Below, piece by piece: positions 11,254 through 25,203 of a DNA stretch of 64,000 nt. The number at the start of each line of letters is the position of its first letter. Within the stretch, counting starts at the first letter, position 1. Location of the stretch: NCBI GenBank assembly GCA_000320545.1, contig ADNK01001860.1, positions 124,001-188,000 of the forward strand, written 5' to 3'. The translations under genes and the position numbers were made by a program. The DNA comes from Bigelowiella natans CCMP2755. Taxonomy: Eukaryota > Protista > Cercozoa. The notes beneath the pieces were generated by a model. The model was not told the DNA's origin, made no database searches, and saw only the letters and a program-made list of their open reading frames with translations.

Positions 11254-13408
11254 ATGGGCAAGGTGGAGGCCCTCCTCTTCATTCTTGGGCTGGTAGATCT
11301 ACAGGATGCTGCTCAGGTGCAGAGGAGCCATGGGCTACTGAGGATCTCGGTCACACGACGACGTGCGAATCGACCGTCGGTCCAGGAGGTAGTTCAATGT
11401 AAGCCGTCTTCGTCCCCGAAACAGCAGCGTATGTTGTTCCGAAAAGAGAGCTCTCTGCTGGTTGAGGGTGGGCAGACTTCGGCATAATATTGCCCCACGA
11501 TTGCTCGTATATTATGCATGTGTGGCCATATGACGCGGGCATGTCCAGGCCTGTGCTGATTCCTTTTTATTCGAAGGAGCCGATTATCCTCCTGGAGCAG
11601 TTCAACAACCAGCATCATGTCGCCCTGCACAACTTCCGGGTGATGCACGAATCTTTACTTATATTCTTCGGCGTCGCTAGTCTGCCTCTCTGCGAGTCGA
11701 AAGTCGTTGTAGCCGATGAAGAACCTTTCACTGATGCTGCTTACGTACATGTTTCAGGATTTTCAGTATTATGGCCCCATTGGCATTGGAACACCTCCCC
11801 AGGTTGCTTGCACAAATAGGAAGGCCGTCCAACATAAACTACATGTATACGACGATAGGCACACTTAATCGAAGTGATCCTCATCCAAATGACGCTTATA
11901 TTTGCTGTCTTCCTAGGAAATGCTGGTTGTTTTTGATACAGGATCGTCAGATCTATGGGTCACAGGTAGTAATACTAGACTTCACACCTTTCCGCAGCTT
12001 AATCTCCTCCTCTGATTCGCCATATTTACTCGGCACAGGAACCAGCTGCAATCCCTGCAGTGGAAAAACGAGATATGATTTGGTACATCTGATGATGATC
12101 TCTCCTTCACTACTCCTGAGTAGCAGCTCCATGATGACGGTGGTAGGGATGGATGGAGGAGGTGCTGGTGGTGGCGACATTGTGCCGGCCATCAATTCAC
12201 GTCATTATGTATCGCATGCTTGTAAATGTGAGAGTGAGTAGTGAGATCGTACGAGTGCGACTTACATTTCAATTCATTGCATAATCGTAGTATCTCTCCT
12301 CGACGCATTCAATAACGTGCGAGGGTTGTGGCCCCCCGATCCAAAAGCTCAACGACTACGGCAGCGGAGAAGTGGATGGTTACGTCATCCAAGATAGGTG
12401 ATGTAGGAAATAAAGGGAGATACAGAGTCATAAAGTTTTCTGAAAGTCTATTATCATCAGGCTGTTCTTATGTGTGTAATGTCTCCGTCTCTCTTCTTTC
12501 CATCTCACTGGTGCTATCGTTGTCGTACCTTCTTCCGTTTTCTTCTCTTCTCTATTTCTTGCAGATTAACGGTTTCCAACATCACGACATCTTCAAGTGT
12601 TACGTAATTGCTCATATCTGTCAATCTAGACACAAAATGCTTAAATAAGAAAGAAGAAGAAGAAGAAGAAGAAGAAGAAGAAGAAGGACAAGAAGGAATG
12701 GAAATAAAAAGATGCGTTTGCAAGATGCGAAACGAAGGGAGGAGGAGGAAGAAAAAGAAGAAGAAGAAGAAGAAGAAGAAGAAGCAGAAGATCTTCCCGC
12801 CTTACAAAAACGTGCAAGCATACAAATATGTGAGACTACTCACTCCCCCTCCCCTTTCTCTTTTCGTCGTCTCTCCGTTGTTTGTCTGCATTCTTTTCCT
12901 TACCTACTACTCGGCCCGTCCCTAGAATGGGTCTTGCATCGAGAATGGGAACACGCCAAATAAGCTTCCGTGATGAAGGTGTCCTGCTGCTGCTGCCGCC
13001 TAGGGACGATATGATGATGATTGAGAAGGGGAGGAAGAAGAGACTTGCGTTTGTCTAGTTTGCTACTATTTTCATTGATGACAGGGGAGACAATAATAAC
13101 TTACTACAGGCATTCTGGGGCTAGGGTTTGCCGCGCTAGCGGAGTATAGCAAGCCCATACCCATCGACACTCTTCTACTTGAAGTACGTACTTACTTATT
13201 ACCGAACACAGCTCGCGCAAATCGGCATTCTTCGTTGTTTGTCATCGTAAATCGAATGAGTTTCGTGAGATTCTATTTAATGTAGTAGCATTAAAAGTAC
13301 CGCGTACTCATGTTGTGTAACCCCCCCTGGGAATGTGGATGTATTCTCCTCCCTTCTCTTCTTCTTCTTCCTCTTTTTGTCCTTCTTCTTCTTCTATCTT
13401 GCACCGAC

Positions 13409-13455
<47 letters not shown>

Positions 13456-13812
13456 CTCTCTCCAATCTTCTCTCATTACATTGGTTTCTTCCCTATTACT
13501 TTGCTGTGACAGGCTGGGATTCCCAGAATGTTTTCCTTTTACATCACGTCTGGATCGTCTAGCGGCTCTCTGCTAACATTCGGAGGGTAGTAGAGAATCA
13601 TGATGATGATGATGATGATGATGAAAACCGAGCACACGGATTGAGGCGATTTTGGCTATTAGAAGGAGGGGATCACGCATCTCTCATTACCGTGTCCTTT
13701 CCTGCTTTCTTCTAAAGCGTCAAATGGCTTTCGTCTATTTTGCTACTGCTGCGGATGAATCCATGCCGCCGAATGCTTCTCCTGCGGGAGGCTGGTGTTA
13801 TATTTGTATGGG

Positions 13813-13848
<36 letters not shown>

Positions 13849-13995
13849 CGACAACAACGACAACAACGACATACTGTGGGTTAGGTACGATCCAGAGCTT
13901 CTCGATAACAGGAGCAGTGTACATTATACAGAAGTCACCACGACGCCTTTTGTCTCAGGACCTGCCTACGGGTCGTCATTGAGTAGTAGCAGTAG

Positions 13996-14033
<38 letters not shown>

Positions 14034-14228
14034 CAGTAGTACATATGTGGGCATACATCATACACGTTCCGTGGTGTTATCGGATAATCGCTGAGATTCT
14101 GTAACATCGTCAGGTATTGGATGGTACGGCTGAGCCAGTTTTCGATGGCTGGGGTGTGTGCTGATGAGCGTCTCTATGTTGCCTTTTCTTGCGGTGCAAT
14201 CATTTCTGTACAAGCTAAACACACTGTA

Positions 14229-14266
<38 letters not shown>

Positions 14267-14380
14267 ACACATATCTCAGGTGAATATGACCGGCGAGAAT
14301 GTGATTACGATTGTGGACTCCGGTACGTCGCTGATCTGTTTGCCAGGCATCTTTTTTACCAAAATCGTTGAGGTAGTAGC

Positions 14381-14412
<32 letters not shown>

Positions 14413-15001
14413 CATGATGACAACGATGATGTTGATCAAGATCATGATCATGGTATACCTGTGAAGAAAAGAAAGAAAAAAAAGAAGAAGTGCTACCGGT
14501 TTTCCTCCTCCATCATCATCCTTCTTCTTGCCACTCCACGCTCCTCAACGAATCTCTCCTTTCACAAAGCATTGCTGCCGCTGATATATCTCGATCTCGC
14601 TCTACCACTGAACTCGAGCGTGTCGTTGATGATGAAGATGATTATAACGAGTATGAACGCGGTGCTGCAGGAGTTGCTACAGCTCGATGGATCTTCTGGG
14701 TGCTATTTCACCAATAGGGGAGAGCTCCGGTGTAGTCGAGGCAAGGATGTGAGCATGTTCCCGGACATCCAAATCCGCTTCCCCTCGGTGCGTTGACGCT
14801 GCCAACGTGATGATATTAACCCGCATCATGTTTATGGGGGTCCACTAGTAGTTGGTAGTGCTAATTAGTATACATATATTTCGTCGATCCTAACTGCCAC
14901 CCCCCCCTGACATTGTCTGTATTGTATGACGCATATGTGATGATTGGTGTGTTGGATTCATCCTTTCTTCCCTGCTCTATCTGCTGCTTTCACCATCGGG
15001 C

Positions 15002-15044
<43 letters not shown>

Positions 15045-15698
15045 AATATATATATACACACACACATACAAATATATGTAGAATATTTTTATATACCGCA
15101 TGATGTTTACACATGATACACAGTCTGATATCCCTGGGAATGACACGGTGCTTATCCTCACACCTTCTGAGTATTTCGTCGCCACAGAGGATGGAGGCTT
15201 CCTTCTAGGTCGGATTAGATACTTACAGCATGGATGGAAGGAAAAGAATCAAGAGTAGATCATATCTTCTCACACGAGATGAAAGCACCCACTTAATAAC
15301 TCATGTCTCATTTCTTGTGTTTCTCTCCGCCCCCCCCCCCCCCTCTCTCTACCCGTTGTTCATCCCTTTTATTGGCAGGGATGCAAAGCTCGGCGTCCCA
15401 GTTCATAATCCTAGGCGACGTTGTCATGCGACGGTTTTACACCTTGTTTGACAGGGAGAATCTCAGGTAGTAGCAGTAGGGTAACTTGTACTAGAAAGAA
15501 GGACAAATCAAAGATGATGACGACGATATGATTAAGAAGAAGAAAAAGAAGAAGAAGAAGAAGAAGAAGAATTATGTCCTCTCTATCAAACACTATTCAC
15601 TAGATCAAGGTCAAGATCGTTCGAATGGTAGCAGCAGAAGATTCGCAGAAGACGACAATATCTTTTTTAGATTTACTCGTCCACTCACTCACCCACAC

Positions 15699-15729
<31 letters not shown>

Positions 15730-16225
15730 CCTCTTCACTCTTCTCTGCCTTCATTCCCTAGAATCGGGTTCGCTGGAGCAACGACAGCACTGAGCCTGAA
15801 TACGGATAAACACAGCAAGGGTAAACACTTCTACATCGATGTGAGGAACCTCTTCATCGTCGTCGGCACAGTAGCTGCTGGTCAGTAAGTAAGTAAGTTA
15901 GTCAGCAGTACTACCATGGCTGAGTTCATCTATATGATGATAAAGAAAGAAGGAAAATGCTGCTGCCGCTGCTCTGGATGTCAAATCCAAGCAAAATCAA
16001 AATAGTATCAATATTATAAATATATAAAAAGAGAGAGGGGGGGGGCGGGGAGGAAGAGCATAAATACCGTCGAACTCACTGCATTGTCACTGTTATGCAG
16101 GCGTATGGCTGCTGGCCACAGTGGCATGCATATACTCTCGTTTTCGAAATCAACCTCCTCGTGGGTATCATCTGCAGGAGATGAAGGAGATGAATGGTTT
16201 AGCTCCACAACAAGTTGATACATAG
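11254..16225 (+). CDS. Pepsin-family (A1) aspartic protease with signal/pro-peptide and C-terminal transmembrane anchor, many exons
   Basis: DFQYYGPIGIGTPPQ (~11758-11802), VVFDTGSSDLWV (~11918-11965), YGSG, GILGLGF (~13110), FSFYI..LTFGG, YWMV, IVDSGTSLI (~14310), IILGDVVMRRFYTLFDREN, RIGFA; hydrophobic tail; TAG at 16223-16225. Confidence 0.92.
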
Positions 16226-17043
16226 AGAAGGGACTAATATGATAGGCTAGCAACGCTACAAAAACTGTATATATCTGCGGTATCATCATATGCTGAACAA
16301 GTGTTGTAATGTAATCGTTCACAACAAATCTATGTAAATATTAAACTTCTATCCGTATGCGTAATGTTGCATATTGGCGAAATTCGTGAATTCTCATGCA
16401 TCGTTCATGAAGCACACGCGCAAGATCTATCAACAATGCGATTCACAAATGAAGCAATGGACACGGTCTGCAGCATGGTACAAGACGCACTCTGTAGAAC
16501 ATAGCTAGATAGCGTCGCTTTCCCACACAGCCAAGTAGACATTTGCTGGCTTGGCATGTGCAGGTAGGGCAGCCGCACGCACATCTAGCTAGACTGATGA
16601 AATGGCAGCATTATGCGTGTCTAGGGTCGCTGTATTGTTAGGCCGTCCTTCCATTTTTTATCACTTGACGCATGCTGCTTTTGGATTGCTATACGAGCAT
16701 GACATGATTATATGTACAATATGCTGTGACGAGCATATGACTGTGCCCCCCCTAGACCCCTACTACGGACATGTGCTTCTTACATGTAGATGTCGCAACG
16801 TATCATCATGCGAGGCAGATCAGATTACCTGCTTTAATAAAATACGGCTGCAATGCTCACATACACGCACTATAGATCGCTACTCACGGCTTGTAGCACA
16901 TACTTAAGTTCCAATGATTCTTGTGACTTTGTTTCCAAATACTTTTGCAACGTGGTTATGACTTACAGAACACAGAAACGCGTAGATAACAGTTGTGTCT
17001 CTATTTTCAACGGCGACATTAGTAGATCATGATCGAAGTCATA

Positions 17044-18790
17044 TTATTTTTTTTTATCGTTGGCAACAGACGGCGGATTCAAATCCTCAACTCGATAAGA
17101 TTGTGCGACGTCTGTGCAACATGCGAAATACATAAAGGTCAGTAGAGCTAATGTACCGAAGAGAAGAGCAAGAATGGCGGAAATTGCTGAAGGGCCTAGC
17201 CCCATCTCAGCTCCCTCACTGTCATCACCGTTTGTTGCCAAAGACCACAAATTAGCAGTTGTCGTCTTTAGTTCTGAATTAAGTTCGTCACATTGGTCTG
17301 CAACCGTAGCGAGCGCTGACAGGTAAAAAATAATTGACGCGCAGATAGCTGCTATGGAAGAATAGGTCAAGAACTTATGCGCTCTTTCCCCATAGCATGC
17401 TGATGGACAAATAGCATCGCCTAGTACGAGTGCGATCGTAAAGGCAACAACAGGGGCTGTGAGCACGATGGCGACAGATGCAAGTCCTTCTGCGTCAAGC
17501 ATTGCCAACTGACATTTGTGACAAGCAGATGTAGCAACAGAGCTAATATTCGCCACTTGGTTGCTGGCAGCTTCACCAGTACAAGCCAGCAGTGTGTAAT
17601 CCGTTCCATCGATGTTTATTTGCGCGTTGAGATTGGCCCAGTTTTCGCATCTCAAGTCGTCGTATCCGGGAACTCCAATATTCTGGAAGGAGCTCAGTTG
17701 TGGGATGAAGCGTGGGTACCAACAGAACTTAGAGACCCCGTACGAAATGAGGGTGTAGAAGGTATAGCTACGATCTTCGCCTAGAAGCGATGCTGTGCCT
17801 TGGTGCTTTTCAATCGAAGACCAATACCAACTGTGGAAGCTTAGAGATGCAATCGCAAACCCAACGCTAATGCTTCCTTGGAATAACACCAAGAACAACA
17901 ACCATGAGCTTCCCGTAGAGAAGAAGAAGAACAACGCATAGAATAGAAGGGCTCCTATCCCACAAGCAATGGTACCAATTCCCAGGTAGCCAGACGCTCC
18001 TATTTCCATGCTACTATCTGAATTGTCCGCCCCGTTGGTGGTTGCATTCCATATTGAACTTTGAGTTAATGCTAGCTCCTGGTTGTAATCATGGCATTCT
18101 GCTGAGGCGTATCTTAGCCCAGTCGTGTAGCATACTATCGATCCAATCAAGCAAAAAATAGCAATCATGGTAAGGACCTTCTCCCACTTCTCTGGGACGT
18201 TGCCGTGGCAACACTTTGAAAAGAGTATCAACACGCCTACCGGAACTAATCCTACCAATCCTAGCATGGCCCAAGAGACGCCCTCTTCCATAGCTGCGCG
18301 ACACTTTTTGCAATCATCGCTGCTGCTACATTGGGAAAGAGTGTACGTTGTGTCTCCTTGACTAATTGTCGCATCTAGATTGTCCCAATTCTCACAATTC
18401 CAATCTGAGAGCGAAGGAACGCTGATATCTATGTTGTTGTCTAGATCTGGAACGCTTTGGGGGTAGTGACAAAACTGAGTCAGCCCGTACGACACAAGCG
18501 AGTAAAACTTATAGTCGAAGGTGTTTCCGCCTACCGATGCTTGCGAATCATGCTCTACTATCCCGGTCCAATACCATGACTGAACTGCCATAGCAGCTAT
18601 CCCACAAAGAAGCCCAAGAATCAGGAAATTGATCGTAAACGATAGGAAGCACGTCTCGCCCTGCCGTCAATTGTAGGAACGTTTGTCAGACATCCATGTG
18701 CATTTACGAGTAAACAAGACGATGGATATATTGATGCTATCATACCTCACAAATTGCGCAGCATATGCCACAGAAGCAGCATCCACCTTT
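17044..18790 (-). CDS. Membrane protein with two tandem claudin/PMP22-like 4TM modules
   Basis: 515-aa ORF with a clear internal duplication (SWYWTGIVEH..YGLTQFC..CENWDNL..CKKCRAAM / SWYWSSIEKH..YGVSKFC..CENWANL..CHKCQLAM). An upstream exon adds TM1; true start uncertain. Confidence 0.7.
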
Positions 18791-19483
18791 CAGCTGACAA
18801 CAAATACCAAGTAGTTATTGATCTGGCTACCCAATAGTAATTGTGAGGTGAGACAATTGACTTTTTTGTCTGCAGCTTCTCTTCTACTTCAACAGGCGTT
18901 TATTAATCCTTCACATCCATTTCAGTAGCACACCTTGGGTTCGTCTTCTAGGCTATCTTGGTCCCGGTCCTTTTCTTCAGCACCATCCACACAATAGGAG
19001 TCCTTTGCGCTTTCGAGACTCTGAAAAACAACTGTCATCAACACAGAAACACATGGCATAGAAATTACAGCGCTAGGAGCAGCATCGTCCCAACATCCCA
19101 TGAACCCTACGGGAAATGAAAGACAAACTAACACTTCCCCCCCTTCCCCTCTTAACAAATTGCAATCACAGATATTTTTCTCAAGAATGAAAATTCAAAG
19201 TTTTGTGCTGACCAGAATTCTGGAGTCATCGCTGGATGGTACCAGCATGTTTAAATCAAGATAGTGCCTCAAAGATCGAGAGGGGTTAGGATAGGAAGAG
19301 GGGAGAGCCCTTGCTTTTTCCTCGGGCTCAATTCAGGGGGCCGGGAGATGAGATGGGCGTTGATTCAGGTGTGTGATCCCAAGAGCACCAGCCTGCTAGG
19401 AGATCAAAATACATGCGCTTTTTCTTCAACGACATACACAAATGACACTTTTTTTCTAGATTTTGCGAATAAACCCCACAGAT

Positions 19484-19561
19484 ATCACCGACCCGCTTCA
19501 TCGGACAGCGAAATCCCTTATTAATCCGTCGTTGGTGCTGAAAACCGAAGCCAACGAGCTC
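19484..19561 (-). repeat. Inverted copy of an opine dehydrogenase coding fragment (21365-21440)
   Basis: The reverse complement matches 21365-21440 except for a 2-bp insertion. Confidence 0.9.
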
Positions 19562-19949
19562 AAACATAGATCTGCTCGGAACTATTTTGGGAATGGTACG
19601 TTTTTTTAAGATATCCATGGATATATTGCCCTAAATTGATTGTGAGCAAGCTGTATTTCTTAGAAAAAGAAACCCCGTTCATACATCGGTGCTAACCGGT
19701 AGTAGCAGCACATACATGAGTACCCACCAATTCTCACTGTTGTCGAAGTCATTTTAATCTAGTACCTGCCTTGGGTAGTTTTAAGCATTATTTTATGACC
19801 ATATTTACCTCGGAAAACGCTGAGGATTCACATCCAACGGCAGAGGCGAAGGGATGTCGCATGGAAAATATTGCAAGATATCTTCCGGGACAGTCCTGCA
19901 AGTGTGCACGTTCCGGGTGGCGAAGCATCAACAAATCATACGAGTGGAC

Positions 19950-20598
19950 ATGTCCGAAGAAGACAAGAGCTATTCCTACCCGACCCCTTTCCCTGTTCTA
20001 TGCGTTGTGGGTGCTGGCAACGCATCCCACGTCTTCATCCCCCTCTTCGCATCCCAGGGCTACACCGTAGACGTTTACGCAGGGTAAGCCGTAAAATTGC
20101 TCCTGACACAAACACGTATCAATGTATTAGTGCGAATACTTTGGCAATAAAAAGTAATTAGGGAAACTTTATTGTATCATCGATAGACTCCCTGTTACAA
20201 TAATAATCATCATCATCCTCGTCGTTGTCGTCATCAGATATGGGGATGAGGCAGAGCGACTTCTGAAAGCAACGGAGACACAACCAACAGGTATCCACGT
20301 GTGCGACCGACGGAATCCAGGTAAAAAACGTGAGTTCAGCGGCAAGCCGAGGATGATCTCTAAAAACCCACAAGATGTTATTCCGAAGGCTGACGCGGTA
20401 GGAGATTATTATCGACCCGTGTGTGTGTGTGTTTATTTGACTCTGCGCTATCTTGGTCGACTTGTCTTTTCCGCAGATTATCATGGCCCTCCCCTCATTT
20501 GCATTCCGGAGCGTATTCGAAGAGATAAAGCCCCATCTCAAACCACACACAATAATGTATGTAGCGCGCATAGATCTCACACGTAGGCACTGACAACA

Positions 20599-20637
<39 letters not shown>

Positions 20638-21912
20638 GGAATCGACCTGGTTTGCAGCTACGGAATGCCAGGACAAGGAGGCTTAGATCTCGTAGCACGG
20701 GAAGTGTTCGGGAAGATTATTGCTAGAGGGAAACTCACCGTGGCGGGTATCATCCCTATGCCGTTGAACTGTAGAATCCTGGAATTCGGCAAAAAGGTAT
20801 TACAGAGTGTTACACGAAAATATGCTATCGAATCGTCATCGATGATTGCACGGCATCTGAACTTTGTATCTACCTCAGGTTGACTTTGCTTCGCTGAAGG
20901 ACTCTTACGAACTTGCCGCCATCCCGAGTGACCAAGCAGCCCCAGCTGCCAAGTTACTCTCGCGCATCCTCAGGAGAAATGTGCAGCCCCTGAGCCACTT
21001 TGCAGCGATAGCATTGCACGCGTCAAATCCCAACATTCATCCCGCACGCCTCTATGGATTGTTTTCCGACCACCGAGAGGGTAAAGTGTATAAGGAGAAT
21101 CCTCTATTCTACGAAACGTTCGATGAGAAGGTACAAGCGGAAAGAGGATTGGGGTGGGGAAAGAAATGAACATGCATGGCTGATCCTTTCATAACTCCAT
21201 TCTCTCATTAACGAGCAGTCCGCCGAGTGGGCTCAAAAGGTGAGCGATGAGAGGATAAAGGTTTGGAGAGAAATCGTACGCAAGATGAAGATTGGTGAAG
21301 TAAATGAAGTGCCTCAGCTTAAGGAATACGTCATGGCCATCTACGGTGACCAGATTCATGACAAGAGCTCGTTGGCTTCGGTTTTCAGCACCAACGACGG
21401 ATTTAAGGGATTTCGCTGTCCGATGAAGCGGGTCGGTGATGGCTGGACTCTTAACTTTCATAACCGATACTTCATAGAAGATATCCCAGAAGGCTTCTGC
21501 GTCTACAAAGGCATTGCTGATTTAGCCGGCGTTAAGACTCCCGTAAGAACATGAAAGAATAGAAAGCAGCGTGGATATTTTCCTTTCATGGAGATCAAAC
21601 CGTATCGCCCATGTCTTTTACCACTTTTTCTCGTTTGTTGCTAAACGGGAGGATACATCATTTTTTTAACATCCAACGCAAGAAAATTACTAGATTTTCG
21701 ATGATGTCTCATTCGTATGCTACTCTTGCGCGGCTCAGGCGATCGACAAGATCCTTGGTTTCTTCCAAAAATTCATGAATTTCGAGTTCATCAAGGATGG
21801 AAAGCTCCAGGGTAGGGATGTTGGGAGAACGAAGGCCCCACAGGCTTTCGGAATTACCACTCTCGATGAGTACATCAATGGAACTTCGCGGATTAGTCAG
21901 AGCAAATTATAG
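19950..21912 (+). CDS. NAD-dependent opine (octopine/tauropine-type) dehydrogenase, multi-exon, C-terminal SKL
   Basis: Rossmann motif VCVVGAGNASHV, ALPSFAF, PGQGG, PMPLNCRILEFGK, NPNIHPARLYGLF, NPLFYE, FHNRYFIEDIPEGFCVYKGIADLAGVKTP, TKAPQAFG; ends ...ISQSKL-TAG. Confidence 0.88.
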
Positions 21913-22563
21913 CACAGTGCATGGCACGCCATGCCTGCAAGCTAGCATTTAAGCAATATTATAAATGATTAAATATATAACATAGTGTGCGATTAACAAA
22001 GAATCAAGCAAAGGACTAATAATTGCTGCAGTGCGTGCCTTCGTTGTGTAGTTGCACTCGCGGTGGATGAAGGATGCGTAAGGAAATACGAAAGAATCGT
22101 TTCCAAATTTATACTCTTCTAGACTTGCCGCCCGCTAGCCCGCGTCAGCTATAATTTTTTATCAGTCCGGAGCCTGTATTGCAACGCGCATAAGACATGT
22201 ACAAGCTCATGCAGACATGCGTTAAGTAACTAACATGTCTAGATGTGCAAATCATCTAGCCATTGTCACTGCGTATTACTGGTTATGCTTGCTTTGATGA
22301 CAATATTTTAAATGGTCTGCATGCAATGCTTAGAATGTGTCATTTTAAAAAAACACATTAAAAAAAAAGGGTTGCAAAAATGCTACGATTCGTTGCATGC
22401 CACACTACGCTAGTACGATATGCATGCATGCTAGATGTTCACAGGTGAATTTTTTCATCGGTCGCTTTAATTTATGTAATGATTATTGTGTGTGATCAGC
22501 GTAATGATGTTTCTAAGTTCTCATCGCTAGTACTTAAAAGCTTTTCTTATCATGCGCCTAGAG

Positions 22564-23754
22564 TCACGAGCATAAATCTGCAATTTCAGACCAAAGGGCA
22601 GCTTCTGTAGCTGCTGAGTAGGAAGTAGCAGGTGGCATGTTGTTTGCTCTGCGCGTGCTGCATCCTTTGTCAATTGTGCGTCCATCATTAACTACACCTA
22701 AAGCATCTTCTGCGAAAGAAGGTGTCAAGTTTTTGTTTGTATACTCCTTTTTTGCACATCGCGTCTCAACAGGGGGGGTGCCGGTATCATCGTAGTGCTG
22801 CCATGTGGTTCTTCCATGTTCGCCATCAACATTTCTCCCTTTCTTCTGTACGCTGTTATTATGCGTGCTCATTGATGGCTGCAAGTAATTCCGCGCATCT
22901 TTTGAGTTGGCTGTAGCATGCGCTAGTTTGGGTGCACATAGTAGCCAAGGGTTGTTGATGGATTGCATGTCCTCACGTGATAAAGATCGTATTTGTGAAG
23001 TAAAAGTTTTCATGCTTATGTGCTTGAATTTTTTATAAATTTTGTCCCTACATTGGGATAGTTCATTTTTTGGCATCAATTTTTGCATTCCTAGTGTATC
23101 CATTTGCACCTTGACAATGGCAAGTTTCTTCATTTTAACATCGATGGTGGCGCGCAGGTTTCTACTCATGGGAATGGAACGCGATTTACCAAAAGCTTCA
23201 ACATACATTTTGGCAGTTTCATTGACTTTGTCTGCGAAAGAGCTGTCTTCAGTATACCTCGAAGGATGATAGCGCTTAAATATAATATCATCCTCCCCGC
23301 CTGTAGTATATGAGTCACAGTGCTTCACCTGGCTTCCCTCAGGTATGGTCTCTACTTCATTATTCTTTGTTTCTTCCTCGATATTTTTTGTAGGCCAGTA
23401 ATCTCCTGAGTAGTCAGGATATTCGGGATCGTACTCTTTAAAGTTACTTTTCATTTGAGTTCCCAAGTTGCGTTTGGTCCTCCCCCGTCCTCGTCTTCGT
23501 TTGTTTTGGAGCATGAACAGTGGTGCTGAGAAGTTATATGTTTGAGGAGCTACCTTGTTATTCATTCGCATGCCTGGGTGTATTGCTGAGTAGCCTGTTG
23601 AAGGCGTCATCTTTCGATGAGAAGAGTTCCGGTTATTGTTCGAAGACCTAAATGTACGCTTTCTCCCCCCCCCGTGTTTCCAAGAGTCTATTATGTGAGG
23701 ATGAGAGTTTCCTGTTCTCTGGTGCGGTAATATGGGAGTGAATTTGGCCAACAT
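22564..23754 (-). CDS. Hypothetical protein (396 aa, single long ORF)
   Basis: Long uninterrupted ORF in normal-composition DNA, divergent from the ankyrin gene. No domain recognised. Confidence 0.6.
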   Translation of the reverse strand: MLAKFTPILPHQRTGNSHPHIIDSWKHGGGRKRTFRSSNNNRNSSHRKMTPSTGYSAIHPGMRMNNKVAPQTYNFSAPLFMLQNKRRRGRGRTKRNLGTQMKSNFKEYDPEYPDYSGDYWPTKNIEEETKNNEVETIPEGSQVKHCDSYTTGGEDDIIFKRYHPSRYTEDSSFADKVNETAKMYVEAFGKSRSIPMSRNLRATIDVKMKKLAIVKVQMDTLGMQKLMPKNELSQCRDKIYKKFKHISMKTFTSQIRSLSREDMQSINNPWLLCAPKLAHATANSKDARNYLQPSMSTHNNSVQKKGRNVDGEHGRTTWQHYDDTGTPPVETRCAKKEYTNKNLTPSFAEDALGVVNDGRTIDKGCSTRRANNMPPATSYSAATEAALWSEIADLCS

Positions 23755-24126
23755 GTTGTTTGGAGGGACGAACGAGAGTTGATTGCGTTGCAGTTTGAAA
23801 TGTGAGGACAGTCTCTCGATCAGATCGTGGTTAAACGCTGAGAATTCCGGAACGCTTCCTCACCTTTTCCGGAAATGCAAGCATGATTTATGGACTAGAC
23901 AGGCAATTTGCTTGTCGCAGGGACAAAATTCAAGGAGAGCTTGCGGCTTTCAAGCAATCTAGAAGAAATAATTAGCCCTACCTCGGCCCGAGGAGAAGCT
24001 AAAAAGAGTATCCGGATCACATGCGACACACACTCTACCTCGTCGCACAGAGAGATTGTCATCGTTTTCATATAAATGAATGCAGGACATCAGCACGTAG
24101 GAGTTTTTCTAGCAGCGACATAGAAA

Positions 24127-25157
24127 ATGGAAACTAAAACAGAGCAGAACCCAGTTGGACAAGCAAGGGCCACGAGAGAACGGAAGAATGCATCAAGGGA
24201 GGAGGAGATCGAAAAGATAAAGAAGCAGATGAGACGGAAGCGGAAGGAGATCAGGGGACGTGAAGTCCCTTCAATAACAACAATACAAAGACGAAGGAGC
24301 GACATCGAAACTGTCCGTCAGATGACGCCACAGAACGGCGTAACAACCTACCAAAATAACCAGAAAGGTTGGTCCTGTGTGCTCCGTATTGCTTCGAATC
24401 ATCCTAAGAAAATGTTTACCTCTTCAGGCCACTCTTCGACATCTCTCCGCGCCAGCTCATTCCCCACTCCTCCGCCGCATCCACTACTCTTGGCACACTT
24501 CAAGCGAGGGCAGAATGATTGCTCGTTAACCCCTGCGAACGTTAACGCACAGCTTCTCCTGGCCTGCGCCCAAGATCAAGTGGCAAAAGCTCGCTATCTC
24601 ATCAACGTAAAATTAAAACACAATTTATATAAGGAATTAAGGGTTGGAGTGGATGTAGTGATGTAACAATAGGAAGGTGAATTACATCTTCCATAGCGTA
24701 ATCGTTTCGATATCCAGGAGGCGCGCGCTGATGCAGGGGCTCGAGATAGAAGCGGTTGGACTCCTTTGGCAACAGCCGTGCAAAGCTGCAGCAGGCGAGT
24801 ATTACGTTACTTGCTTCTAGAAGCACGAGCCAACGTGAATGGAAGGTTTCCCGTCTACGATCCATCAACATCATCGTCGTCTTCATCATCTGACGGTAGT
24901 GGCAACGATGGTGGAGGAGGACGACTGAGGGTACACTTTTCTTGGACCGCCTTAATGTTGGCCGCACGCACGGGCGATGAAGCGTCGGTTCGGCTGCTGA
25001 TTGGAGAAGGGAAGGCAAACATACACTGTTATGACAGCGAGGGCTTCACGCCGGTAAGAGAGGGGGGGGGGCAGCGGGGGAACAGTAGCATGAATATCAG
25101 AACACTAAGTGTATTGGATACGTATTTTTCTTCACGTATTTTTACCTATTTTTTAAG

Positions 25158-25203
<46 letters not shown>

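Noticed and set aside
12600-15800. Poly-K/E/L/V/T/HT ORFs here and throughout the window
   Set aside because: Translations of intronic microsatellites within real multi-exon genes.
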